From contig NW_013657672.1 in the NCBI RefSeq assembly GCF_000142905.1, positions 518,753-559,478 of the forward strand: a stretch of 40,726 nucleotides of DNA, read 5' to 3'. The notes under the pieces are model-generated. The model was not told where the DNA came from, searched no databases, and saw nothing but the letters and a program-made list of their open reading frames with translations. The DNA is from Thecamonas trahens ATCC 50062 (taxonomy: Eukaryota; Protista; Apusomonadida). Below are positions 17,810-29,031 of the stretch, piece after piece. Each line of letters begins with the position of its first letter. Positions within the stretch are counted from its first letter, which is position 1. A program made the translations under genes and the position numbers.

Positions 17810-20800
17810 ATGGCCACCACGGTGACGGCTGGCGGGACAAGCATGTCTGCCAAGGGAGCCAGCACCTCTGACCTCCTTGCCTTTGCTCTTGAACACGCCG
17901 AGGACGAGCCCATGGTCTGGCTGGACACAGCGGTACGGCTGCCTTGCCCACCCCCACCCTCCCCCCCTCGGCCTGCGCGCGGATCTCGTCGTCGGCGGCA
18001 CCGAGTTTTTGGCCCGACGACGATGTCAGCCTCTTCATGCCCCACCCCCTCCCCCCTCTCCGGCCACCATGCCGGCCCCTCTTGCCATGCCCCCCCCCCC
18101 CCCCCCCCCCTCCCTCTCCCCCTCCCCCTCCCCCCCACGTGACTCATGCTCCTACAGATGGCTGCGTACTACGCTGGTAACCGCGAGGGCTACGAGACTG
18201 TGGTGAAAAAGGGGCTTGAGCTGACGGCGGTGGACGCGGCGGCGGCCGAGACTACCTTCTACCTTCGCAACTCGCTGGCAAGGTACTACGCTGCCGAGGC
18301 CGAGGCAACACGGGATGTGGAGAAGCAGAAGAAGCTGCTGCAGGCTGCGCGAGAGGCGCTCAAGAGCGTGGGCAAGGCCGGCCAGCGGGCGATGACCACC
18401 TTTGTCTCGACCGGCCTTGTCTTCCTTGCGCAGAAGAAGCCCAAGAGCATCGAGCGCGGGCTGCAGGCGTGTGGCCAGGTCATCGACGTGCTTGCATCGT
18501 ACGTGCCAGCACACATTGCCAAGGGTGCACTCCTCTTTAACCAGCGCAAGTACATGGAGGCGTTGATGGCGTACTCGGAAGCGCTGGTGCTCCGGCCACA
18601 GCTTGGCGCGCACATCCGGGTCCGTATGGCGCTCTGCTACCTCAAGCTCGACAAGGTGCCCAAGGCCAAGGCCGCGTTTGTGCGGGCGCTTGAGCTCGAC
18701 AGCGAGTCGCTCGCGGCCATCCTCGGCCTTGCCATTCTCGAGCTCAATGACGGCAACGTCGAGGCTGGGATGCGGCTAGTGGCGCGCGGGTACAAGCTCG
18801 ATCCGAAGAACCCGATTGTGCTCATCCACCTCGCCGACCACACTTTTTCCTCGACGACCTCGAGACGAGCCTCAAGCTGGCGACGATGGCGTATGAGGCG
18901 ACCGACGCCAGCCTGCTCCGGGCCGAGGCCGCATACCTCGCCGGGCGGGTGTGGCATGTCCGCAAGGACTACACGCAAGCTAACGAGTTCTACAAGCATG
19001 CGGTCATGCTGCGGCCCAACTACCCGCTGGCGCTCTATGCCGCGGCGCAGATGAACGTCCACCGCAACCACCTGACCAAGGCGCTTGACGGCCTGCGGCG
19101 GCTGCTCAAGTACGCGCCCAACAACTTTGAGGCGCTGGTCTTTATCGGTTCGCTCTACGCGCGGCAGCAGAAGCGGGCCGATGCGCTTAAGGCGCTCCGC
19201 GCGGCGCTCGCGCTCGAGCCCGACCACGTCGAGACCCTCATCGAGTACGCCCAGCTCATCGACTCGCACTCACCGGCCGAGGCGCTCGCGGCGTACACCA
19301 AGGCGTACGACGCGCTGGTGGCCGGGCCGGGCGGGGCGGAACGCATTCCGGCGGCGCTGCACAACAACATCGGCATTCTGCAGGGCGTGCTGGGAGAGTT
19401 TGAAGCCGCCGAGGCGTCGTTCAGCGCTGCGTACGCCGCGCTTGGGATGCCAGACAAGCCGTTTGCTCCACTCAACCGGACAGTGACGTTCAACCGGGCG
19501 CGGGCGCTCGAAGACGCGCGACGGTTCGCCGAGGCGCGCAGCCTCTACTCTGGGCTCGCCGAGGCGTTCCCCGAGTACGTCGAGCCGCACCTGCGGCTCG
19601 GGTGCATTGCGCGGACGCTTGGGCGGCACCAGGAGGCATCGGACCACGTCAAGGACGCGTTTGCCATCAACCCCAACGACATCAACGCGTGGTCGCTCCG
19701 TGGCTCGCTCAACGTGGAGAAGAAAGAGCTGCAGCCGGCGCAAAAGGCGTTTGAGCACATCCTCGGGCGGGTGAACAAGTCGGACCCGTACGCGCTCCTT
19801 GCGCTTGGCAACATCTTCTACCAGTCGGTCCGCCCGTCGGACGCCAAGACGACCAAGTGGCTCAAGCGTGCGCTCACCTTTTTCAAGCAAGTCCTCCGCG
19901 CCGACGCCTCCAATCTCTTTGCCGCCAACGGCATCGGCATCGTCCTCGCCGACAAGGGTCAGATCGGGGCTGCCAAGGTCGTTTTCGACTCGGTCCGCGA
20001 GGCCTCGTCCGAGTTCCCGGACGTGTACGTCAACCTCGGCCACTGCGCGCTTGCGCAGAAGCAGTACGTCAAGGCGATCACGCTCTACGAGACGGCGCTT
20101 GCCAAGTCGGCCGACCCGCACGACGTCACCATCCTCCTCTTCATCGCCCGCGCCCTCTTTGACCAGAAGCTCTACGCCAAGGCGCGCGCCATGCTCTCGC
20201 GTTGCCTCCGCCTCGAGCCGACCAACATTGCCGCCCGCTTCGACCTCGCCCTCACCATCCAGAGCGAGGCCGTGGCCAAGCTCAAGCTGCCCGAGTCCCA
20301 GCGGCCGGTCACCGTCGTCAAGTCGGCCATTCGCCTCCTCCAGCATGCCCGCTCCGAGTACGAGTACCTCTACGCCAACAACCTCGCATCGCGGGCCAAG
20401 GAGTACATTGAGTACTGCGACTCGGCGCTCGAGGACGCGTCGCTCACCCTCGACGCCGCCGAAATCCTCGAGGAGTCGCTCCGCTCCGCGCGCGCGCGCC
20501 GCGAGGCCGAGGAGGCCGCTGCTGCTGCTGCCGCCGCCGAGGCCGCCGCCGCCGCTGCTGCTGCCGCCGCCGCCGAGGCCGCCGAAAAGGCTGCCATCAT
20601 CCAGGAGGACTCCAAGATGCTCGCCATCATGCGCCAGAACTGGGAGAACGCGCCCAAGACCCGCAAGCGCAAGCGGAAGAAGACGTCACAGGCTGCGCCG
20701 AGCCGCAACGACCTGCCCGAGCCCGAGTGGGAGGACGACCAGGACAACCCGTACATGCCTGGCGAGGGCTCCGGATCGGGGCTGGGCTCTGGTGCCGAGT

Positions 20801-21024
20801 CGCCAGCCTCACCGCCGGCCTCGCCGCCGCCTGCTGCCGACCCGACCGCCCCGCCACCCGCCAAGAAGCGTAAGACGGTTGTCGACTCGGACTCGGACGA
20901 CGATGACGACAACGCCGGCGCGAGCGAGGGCAACCCCCCTGACTCCAACTCCGGGCCCAGCCCGAGCCCCAACGAGGACTCGGGCCTGGCCGAGATGGAC
21001 ACCACCGGCGCCGGCGACAACTGA
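17810..21024 (+). CDS. CTR9: PAF1 complex TPR subunit CTR9; join(17810..17932,18158..21024) with a 1-nt frameshift at about 18844-18848
   Basis: TPR array with CTR9-like segments (AY/GYKLDPKNP.VL.HLADH, HNNIG, T.TFNRAR..E, DPYALLALGN, NLFAANGIG.VLA, VYVNLGH) and an acidic/basic tail. Adding one T at the T5 run fuses ORFs 18146..19054 and 18886..21024. Confidence 0.9.
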
Positions 21025-21358
21025 TGATGCCCCCGCCCCTTCCCTTGGCTACGACGCGTTTAAAAACGTTGGTGATCCAACAACAGCACACAGAGCAAAT
21101 GAATCGCACGCACAGCATGATGGCAGCGGAGCGGCGGAGCCGTGGAGCGTCGGAGCCGTGACCGTCGGAATCACCGTTCGGCGCCAAAATTCGTGGTGCG
21201 CCACGTCGGTGACAAGCGGCCAACGCTCCATGTTCCGGCCCCTCTCTCCCGCCACACCCACCTACGCCCACTCGGTCAAGTACGGCCACGGTCACACCTC
21301 ACTCCTCCCCTCCTCCTCCCCCCTCCCCCCTTCTTCCAACCTCTATATTCTCACCATC

Positions 21359-23653
21359 ATGTCTGACGTGTCGAGCGAAGGTGGCTTCGCCATTGGGCAA
21401 ATCATCGACCATGCCGGTGAGACGACCGACGAGTTTGAGCGACTGGCCAACGAGTGGAAGCTGAACGAGATGGGCGATGAGTATGCCATTGTGGCTGTTC
21501 TGGGATGCCAGTCATCGGGCAAGTCAACTCTGCTCAACATGTTGTATGGGACTCCGTTTGCCGTCATGGATGCTCGCTTCGGTCGCTCGCAGACGACTCA
21601 GGGTCTTTGGCTCGGTCGTGATGCCAGCGAGCCGGCTTGGCTCGTGCTGGATGTCGAAGGCAACGACTCGCGCGAGCGTGGCGAGGACCACACGGCGTGG
21701 GAGCGCAAGACGGCTCTGTTCTCGCTCGCTCTGGCGGATGTGCTCATGGTCAACATGTGGTGCACCGACTTTGGCCGGTGGGACGCGGCCAATCTCGGCA
21801 TTCTCAAGACGGTCTTCTCGGTCAACATCCAGCTGTTTGCCTCGGGCGAGGCGCCCAAGAAGCTGCTCTACTTTGTTGTCCGTGACTACGACGAGGACAC
21901 ACCCAAGGACTCGCTCCGCAACATCATTTGCACCGACGTGGGCAAGATCTGGGAGTCGATTCCCAAGCCGGACGCCTTTGCTAATGCCGCCTTTGAGACC
22001 TTCTTTGACCTTGCCTTTGTCTACCTCCCGCACTACAAGCACTGCAAGGACCAGTTCCGCGCCGAGGTCGACACGCTCCGCGCCGAGTTCCATGCTCGGA
22101 ACGAGGAGACTGGGGCGCTGGCGCTGGCGGCACCCGGCCCGCGGGTCGCCGCCATCGATCTGCCGCGCTACGCCGACCAGATCTGGGCGACGATCAAGGC
22201 CAACAAGGATCTTTCACTGCCGTCGGAGCGCGAGATGCTTGCCATCTACCGGTGCGACGCAGTGCTGAACGAGCAGCTGGACGAAGCAGGGAGCGTGCTC
22301 GATGGGCTCGAGAGCTTTGCGACGGAGCCAATCGCAGCGGCTCTGGCCCGCGCGCTCTCGGCGTATGACGCCGAGACCAAGCTCTACCACTCTGGAGTGG
22401 TGGCCGAGAGCCGGAGCAAGCTGCAGGCGCAGCTGTTGGCGCGGGCGGCTCCGTCGTTTGAAGCCGAGCTTGTGGCGCGATCGGCCGCTGGCGTGGCTGC
22501 GGCGCAGGCGGTGCTCGACAAGGAGCTCCCGGGTAACCCCCGGGCCCTGGCCGAGGTTCTTGCTGGCGACGGCACCTTTGACTTTGTCGGAGTGATGGCA
22601 CAGGCGCGGGCGGCAGGCGAGGGTGGTGTGGCGGAGCTCGAGGCACTTGCGGACGCCGAGGCCTGGCCGTCGGTGCCGTTTGAGGCGCCACCGAGCCCGC
22701 TGTGGCGCGCGAGCCGTGCGGGTGAACAGGCGGCGACCGAGCTCTCCCGCGTGCTCGACGGGGCGCACACCAAGTTTGTGGGCGTAGTGCTCGACACGCT
22801 GGTGGCCGAGGCGACGGCGCACATGGAGCAGGAGGGCGAGCTCCACGTTCTGCTCCGTTCCGGCTCGGCAGAGATGTGGGACTCGCTCCGCGAGCTCCGC
22901 AACGCGGCGCTGGAGGCAGTTCAGGGCAAGCTGGTGGAGATTGCGGCCGGAATGGGCGCGAGCGGCTCGGCGGCCGAGGGCTGGCAGGTTCAGCTCGCGG
23001 CACGGGTCGACGCGGTGCTCGGCAACGCGGTGGAAGAGTTTGTCAAGGTTCTCCCGCTTGCGCTGCGGCAGACCTTTGACGACCACTTTAAGTTTGGTCC
23101 TGACCGGCTGCCGATTCGATGGAAGCCTGGCGACGACATCGACGCACGGTACCGCGAGGCGCGTGCTGCCGCGCTTGGCATGCTCGACAACTTTGCGTCC
23201 AACGAGCTGGCGGATCCACCGACGCCGCTGCTCTCGAACCTTGCCCGGCGGCAGCTCGCGGCGCAGCTGGAGAACGACCTCCGCGGTGCGTATCTCGACG
23301 CCCAGCAGCAGCTGGAAGCGGTCTCGATCCGGTCGGCCATTCCGCCGTGGGTCCTTCCGCTTCTCCTTGTTCTCGGCTTTAACGAGATGTGGATGATCCT
23401 CACCTCGCCGCTTCTCCTGGTCACGACGCTGCTTGGCGGTGGACTGGTCGCCTTTTTGTACGCCTTCAACATGCTCGGCCCTGTCAAGGCGATGGTGCTT
23501 GGCGAGGGCCCTGCATCTGCGGTTGATGCCATGATGTCGCTGCTGTCCTCGAGCTCGGGGGCAGGCAGCTCGGGGGCAGGCAGCTCGGGGGCAGGCAGCT
23601 CGGGGGCAGGCAGCTCGGCGACGGTGGGCAAGGCCAAGGCCAAGGCTGACTAA
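21359..23653 (+). CDS. SEY1: SEY1/RHD3 ER-fusion GTPase
   Basis: GCQSSGKSTLLN, RSQTTQG.W, DVEG.DSRERGED, E.K.ALF.LA, NKDL.LP and the C-terminal PPW...LLVLGFNE TM hairpin. Confidence 0.95.
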   Translation: MSDVSSEGGFAIGQIIDHAGETTDEFERLANEWKLNEMGDEYAIVAVLGCQSSGKSTLLNMLYGTPFAVMDARFGRSQTTQGLWLGRDASEPAWLVLDVEGNDSRERGEDHTAWERKTALFSLALADVLMVNMWCTDFGRWDAANLGILKTVFSVNIQLFASGEAPKKLLYFVVRDYDEDTPKDSLRNIICTDVGKIWESIPKPDAFANAAFETFFDLAFVYLPHYKHCKDQFRAEVDTLRAEFHARNEETGALALAAPGPRVAAIDLPRYADQIWATIKANKDLSLPSEREMLAIYRCDAVLNEQLDEAGSVLDGLESFATEPIAAALARALSAYDAETKLYHSGVVAESRSKLQAQLLARAAPSFEAELVARSAAGVAAAQAVLDKELPGNPRALAEVLAGDGTFDFVGVMAQARAAGEGGVAELEALADAEAWPSVPFEAPPSPLWRASRAGEQAATELSRVLDGAHTKFVGVVLDTLVAEATAHMEQEGELHVLLRSGSAEMWDSLRELRNAALEAVQGKLVEIAAGMGASGSAAEGWQVQLAARVDAVLGNAVEEFVKVLPLALRQTFDDHFKFGPDRLPIRWKPGDDIDARYREARAAALGMLDNFASNELADPPTPLLSNLARRQLAAQLENDLRGAYLDAQQQLEAVSIRSAIPPWVLPLLLVLGFNEMWMILTSPLLLVTTLLGGGLVAFLYAFNMLGPVKAMVLGEGPASAVDAMMSLLSSSSGAGSSGAGSSGAGSSGAGSSATVGKAKAKAD
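23552..23618 (+). repeat. 15-bp coding tandem repeat encoding (SSGAG)x4 in SEY1 tail
   Basis: agctcgggggcaggc x4. Confidence 0.9.
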
Positions 23654-23781
23654 GCAGAGGCGCGGTTGTTGTTAAAAGAGCCTGGTGGTGAGTAAGAGCG
23701 TGTTTGCGTGTTTGGTTGCGTGTCCGTGTGTGTGTACGTGTGCGTGTGTGCGTGGAAGAGCGGGGTGAGTTCGGTTTTACC

Positions 23782-25153
23782 TCAGGCATCCACGCGGGCC
23801 TGGGCTTGGGCCTGGGAGACCGAGGCCTCAAGGTAGTCGTCGAAGGAGATGAGGCCGTCACCGTTTGCGGCCGCCTTTGAGCGGAGGGCATCGGAGAGGG
23901 CATCGACGTACGAGAGCTCGAGCTCGTCCTGCGAGGCGAGGAAGGAGAAGAGGTGCAGGAAGATCTGGATGTCGAGGAGCGAGTCCGAGTCAGCTCCAAA
24001 GATGGCAAAGAGCATGTTGACGGCGTGGTTGAGGTCCTCGGCGATGAGGGTGGTGGCAAAGACAACAAAGGCGGGCCAGTCGACCTGGACGCCCATGCCC
24101 TTGAGGCGGAAGACGTGCTCGACGACCGACGACTCGATGTCGACCGAGTTGCAGGCGCGCTTGATGTCTGCGCGCGAGACGACGTCGTCAAGCGAAGTGG
24201 AGAGTGTCCGCTGGAGAGCCTTGAGCTGGTCGACAGAGAGGATGAGCGGAGTCTCGTCGGCAAGGCGGGCAAAGTAGTCTGCGGAAAACTGGAGGAGGTC
24301 GCCAGGCTGGGCGCGGATGACGTGCTTGGACCATTCCTTGAGAACGTCCGGGAGCGCAGGCGGAATGACGATCTGCTCTGCGGTGTAGATGGGGTCCATG
24401 TCGAGGATGGACTGCATTTTCGAGATGTCCTCGACGTCGGGCGGGGCGGTGACAAAGTGCGGGCGGAGCTCGGCGTAGACCTCGTCGACCGAGCCCGAGC
24501 CCGCCACCTGCTTGACCTTGCCCAGCTCCGAGTAGTATGAGATGACCGGGAGCGTCTCCTCCTTGAACTTGCGGATGCGCTTGCGGATGATCTCAAGCGA
24601 GTCGTCCACACGGCCCGACGTCTTCCCGCGAGCCAGCAAGCGCTTCTCCATGATGTTCTCGGGGCAGTCAATGTAGAGAATGAACTTGCATGCGGCGATC
24701 TGCTCTTCAAAGTAATGCGCCTGATCCAAGGCACGAGGGAAGCCCTGAATGAGGTAGCCGCGCTTGTTTGGCTCTTCTTCCATCTTTTGCTGCAGCAGGG
24801 CCACCGTGAGCTCCTTTGGCACAAACTCGCCGTTGCGAATCATAGCCGCAATCATGTCCGAATGCTCTGCTCCCGAGTCTCTCTCCGCCCTCAGTAGCGC
24901 TCCCACAGACAGATGCGTCAGACCAAACTCCTTGACAATACGCGCACACTGCGTGCCCTTGCCAGCACCCGGTCCGCCTGCAGAAGTTGCCAGTGAGTGC
25001 TGTGTGTGGGAAGGAGGAAAGGGGGGGAGGAGGAGGAGGAGGGGGGTGGGGGTAGGTAGGAAGGGGGTGTGGGTGTTGGTGTAGGGGGATGGGGATGGGC
25101 GTACCGAGGACGAACACCACCGAGGGGTATGGGTTGCGGGTGGACGACAGCAT
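23782..25153 (-). CDS. Adenylate/UMP-CMP kinase domain fused to ropporin/RSP11-like RIIa D/D domain with EF-like tail; join complement(25153..25105,24977..23782), possibly with a further exon in the gap
   Basis: VVFVLG|GPGAGKGTQC is rebuilt across a phase-1 intron GTACGC..CACTCAC..CAG. GFPR and GRVDD are present, then IYTAEQIVIPPALPDVLKEWSKHVIRAQPGDLLQFSADYF (ROPN1L-like). Confidence 0.88.
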
Positions 25154-25318
25154 CTCTGTGAGGGGTTGCTGTCACGAGAGAGGTGTGTGGGTGGTGCGGG
25201 CAAGCCGGGGTGGGGGTGGGTGGGTGGCGGTTGGCGGGCGGTGGCCGGTGGGTGGCGGGCGGTGGGGCGGTGGTCGGTGGGTGGCGGGCGGTGGGGCGGT
25301 GGTCGGTGGGTGGCGGGC

Positions 25319-25778
25319 NNNNNNNNNNNNNNNNNNNNNNNNNNNNNNNNNNNNNNNNNNNNNNNNNNNNNNNNNNNNNNNNNNNNNNNNNNNNNNNNNN
25401 NNNNNNNNNNNNNNNNNNNNNNNNNNNNNNNNNNNNNNNNNNNNNNNNNNNNNNNNNNNNNNNNNNNNNNNNNNNNNNNNNNNNNNNNNNNNNNNNNNNN
25501 NNNNNNNNNNNNNNNNNNNNNNNNNNNNNNNNNNNNNNNNNNNNNNNNNNNNNNNNNNNNNNNNNNNNNNNNNNNNNNNNNNNNNNNNNNNNNNNNNNNN
25601 NNNNNNNNNNNNNNNNNNNNNNNNNNNNNNNNNNNNNNNNNNNNNNNNNNNNNNNNNNNNNNNNNNNNNNNNNNNNNNNNNNNNNNNNNNNNNNNNNNNN
25701 NNNNNNNNNNNNNNNNNNNNNNNNNNNNNNNNNNNNNNNNNNNNNNNNNNNNNNNNNNNNNNNNNNNNNNNNNNNNNN
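25319..25778. other. Assembly gap (probably hides 5' exons of the lipase and possibly the AK gene)
   Basis: N run. Confidence 1.
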
Positions 25779-25819
25779 TCCCCTCCCCACCACTCTCACG
25801 ATCACAACGTACACTGCAG

Positions 25820-26563
25820 GCACAATACTCGGCGGCTTCGTACTGCGCTCGTGGCGAGATCGAGTCGTGGAGCTGCAAAGCGTGCGCGGGCAATACGACG
25901 GGCTTTGTGATGACCAAGTACTTTGTTGATGAGAAGACCAAGACCGAGGCTTACGTCGGGTACCGGGCGGCGTCCAAGACCATTGTGGTGGCCTTTGAGG
26001 GCTCGCACAACACACAGAACTGGATCGTCAACCTGCAGTTCCTCAAGGCCGACTTTGATTATCCGGGCGCCGAGCACGCCCGCGTTCACGGCGGCTTTTA
26101 CAAGGCGTACAAGAACATCCAGGTCGATGTGGAGAACGACGTCGGCGCGCTTGTGGACCAGTTCCCGGACTACCAGGTGTACGTGACGGGCCACTCGCTG
26201 GGCGGCGCACTCGCCGCCTTTGCCGCCCTCGACATCACCGTCAACCGGCCGCACGTCCCGGTCAACGTCTACACCTTTGGCTCGCCGCGCGTCGGCAACG
26301 ACGCCTTCCAGCTCTACTTCCAGGCCCAGATCAGCAACTCAATCCGGGTTGTCAACAAGGCCGACATTGTGCCGCACCTCCCGCCGCGGGCGTTTAACTT
26401 TCACCACGTTCCTCGCGAGGTCTGGGTCGAAAAGTCCGGCGTCATCGTCGTCTGCAACGGCTCGGGCGAAGACCCGCACTGCTCCGACTCGCTCCGTACC
26501 CCGTGGTCGACTAAGGATCACCTCGAGTACCTCGGCGTGGTCCAGGGCCAGGGCGCATGCTAG
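25820..26563 (+). CDS. Class 3 triacylglycerol lipase (5' exon in gap)
   Basis: YSAASYC, IVVAFEGS, VHGGF, nucleophile GHSLGG, TFGSPRVGN, DIVPHLPP and DH..Y. Acceptor CAG at 25817-25819. Confidence 0.93.
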   Translation, partial: AQYSAASYCARGEIESWSCKACAGNTTGFVMTKYFVDEKTKTEAYVGYRAASKTIVVAFEGSHNTQNWIVNLQFLKADFDYPGAEHARVHGGFYKAYKNIQVDVENDVGALVDQFPDYQVYVTGHSLGGALAAFAALDITVNRPHVPVNVYTFGSPRVGNDAFQLYFQAQISNSIRVVNKADIVPHLPPRAFNFHHVPREVWVEKSGVIVVCNGSGEDPHCSDSLRTPWSTKDHLEYLGVVQGQGAC

Positions 26564-26628
26564 TTTGTCGACTTTTCATCCACCCACGCTCTCACCCACA
26601 TCAGCCCCGATGTAACACAACTCATTCT

Positions 26629-28775
26629 TCACTTGTCCTTTGTCTTGGCCTTGGCCTTGGACTTGGACTTTGACCGTGACTTGTCCTTGTCCTTGTCCTT
26701 GTCGCGCGACTTGTACTTGGCCTTGGCCTTGGACTTGTCGCGCGACTTGGCCTTGTCCTTGGACTTGGCCTTCTCGCGGCCGGCGATCGACGACCGTGAT
26801 GACGAGGCTTCGGGCAGCTCGTCCTCATCTTCGTCGGGAACGACTGGAACCGAGGGCGGCAGGATGGCAGTGGTGGGCGAGGCCGGCTCGTCCGGGTGGC
26901 GTGGAGGAAGGTTGCGGTTGCGGCGGCGGGTGCCGATGGAGATGGGATTGGGGACTGGGACGGCATTGCCGAGCGCGCCCTCCTCTTGCGACGAGTTGAG
27001 GTCGTCCATGGAGCGGTGCTGCTCGAGAGCGTGGAGGACGTCGCGGTCCTGCGGAAGGAGCGACTTGCGGCGGAGGCGCACGTTCTGCGGGGTGGCCTGG
27101 ATGTTGGGCACCGCTTCGAGGATGTCGACAATGCCCTCGGCGTCGACGTCGGTCGACTCTGCGCGCGAGTGGCGGCGGAGGTGTGCGAGCGGGGCGAGGG
27201 CGGTGGCGTCGTCGATGCCATCAAACGCCGGCGGCGCCTCGCCGTTGTCGCGGGCGGCGCGGTTCTTGCGGGCAAGCTCCTCAATCCGGGCCCAGCGCTC
27301 CTCGTTGGCCTTGCGGGCCTTGCGGGCCTTGACCCGCTCCTGCTTGTAGTTGCGGGTGCACTCGTCAAAGAACGTCGGGTTGAGGTCCATGAACAGCTTG
27401 AGACAGTTGTAGATGAGCGAGTGAATGGTCTTGTTCCAGTGGCCCTTTGAGTTGCGGTAGAGGGCACCAAAGACGATGGGCAGGATGGTGCGGTAGTTTT
27501 CGGCCATGAGGCCAACAATGTAGTCGTTCTTCCACAGCCAGAGCGCCCGCTCGGCAACTTGGAACTGCGGCGAGTCGATGCACTTGGCGAGGCGCTCAAA
27601 GAGCATCGACTGGACGTTGACAAACTCGGCCGGCTCGATGACGTCGAGGATCTCCTCGACCTCGGAGAGGAACATGACCTCCTTTGGTGAGTTGGTCTTG
27701 GGCCAGAACCGGAGGAGGCCAGAAACGACCGTCGCCGTCAGCTGCGGGTCCTTCTCCAGGAACTGGACGACGCAGTACGCGAGCTGCGGGTGATAGAGCG
27801 AGAGCGACTGCGGCTTGTGCAGCGGAATGAGGACCCGCCGCAGGAACGTGATGTGCTCCGACTTGAGCGGGAGGCCAAAGCCGTTGATGATCGAGCCGAG
27901 GATTTCCAGCAGCTCTGCCACGCCGTTGTGTCGTTGCGTCTCGTACACAAAGGTGAAGAAGATGTTGTTGATTGCCGTCCGGATAAACGACCGCATGGTG
28001 AGGAACTTGCCGTAGATGCGGTGCAAAATGGTCTTGAGAAAGTCGCGCTCGCGCGGGTCCTCCGTATCAAACAGCTCGAGCAGCTCGGATACAAACGACG
28101 GGGTGATGTACTTTTTGGCCACGTCCAGATTAAACTCGCCCGACTCGAGGATCCGGAGGAAGAGCTCGTACACAACCTGCACATGCGGCCACGCAGCCTC
28201 CAGAATAGGCTCGTCTTCCTCAGGGTCGTACGCGTCGCCGTTCGGGTTGATGTGCGGCGGCAGCGTTCGGCACAGGTTTGCCCGCAGCATCACCATGAGG
28301 TCAGGGAAAATGTGCTCCGAAATAATGCCCGACACCGTCGTCACGCAGTCCACGAGCTCGTTGAGCGCAGTCAGCTTGATCTCCTTTGACTTGAGGTCTT
28401 TGCTCGGGTCCAAAAAGTTGTACAGCACCGAGGCCTGTCGCAGCTTGAGGAGGAACAGATCAAGCATGTCGTCCTCAGACTCGGCCTCAAACAGCGACGG
28501 CAGCTCCTCCAGCTCCTCTGCCCTGGCCTCGGGAGAGGTGAACCGCGACTGCGACGTTCGCTTCTTCAGCGCCCGTCCCAGCGGCGCCATCGGTGCTCCA
28601 TCCGCCAGCGCGGGATCAGATGCAGACGTAACCCTCGCCTCACTGCCGGGGTTAGCATCGCTCCCTCCGCCACTCCGCGAGCTCTTCGACTTGGACTTGG
28701 ACTTGGACTTGGACTTGGACTTGGACTTGGATTTATCCTTGTCCTTGTCCTTGTCTTTGCGCGATGGCTTGTCCG
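26629..28775 (-). CDS. Protein phosphatase 2A regulatory subunit B56 (B'); candidate 13-nt first exon at complement(29760..29748)
   Basis: [62 protein letters not shown] and HWNKTI. Phase-1 acceptor at 28776 after branch AACTCAC. A phase-matched ATGTCGACTCGGG|GTACGT lies upstream (tentative, spans gap). Confidence 0.95.
28688..28756 (-). repeat. Hexamer coding repeats (KD)n/(KS)n in B56 N-terminus
   Basis: (gacttg)n and (gtcctt)n on the + strand. A similar array lies at 26635-26770 in the C-terminus. Confidence 0.85.
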
Positions 28776-28925
28776 CTGCCCACCAACCAGCCAGCCAGCC
28801 AGCCAGCCAACCGAGACCAAACCCCAACAATACGGCATACCACACCAGTGAGTTCAGCTCCCGTCCTCCCCTTCTCCCCCTTCTCCCCTTCTCCCCTTCT
28901 CTCCCCCTCTTATCCCCCCGCCATC

Positions 28926-29031
28926 NNNNNNNNNNNNNNNNNNNNNNNNNNNNNNNNNNNNNNNNNNNNNNNNNNNNNNNNNNNNNNNNNNNNNNNNNNN
29001 NNNNNNNNNNNNNNNNNNNNNNNNNNNNNNN
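28926..29031. other. Assembly gap
   Basis: N run. Confidence 1.

Noticed and set aside
19799-21358. 520-codon N-terminal extension of SEY1 overlapping CTR9 in another frame
   Set aside because: Low-complexity S/P/R translation typical of off-frame reading in GC3-biased genes. SEY1 homology starts after ATG 21359.
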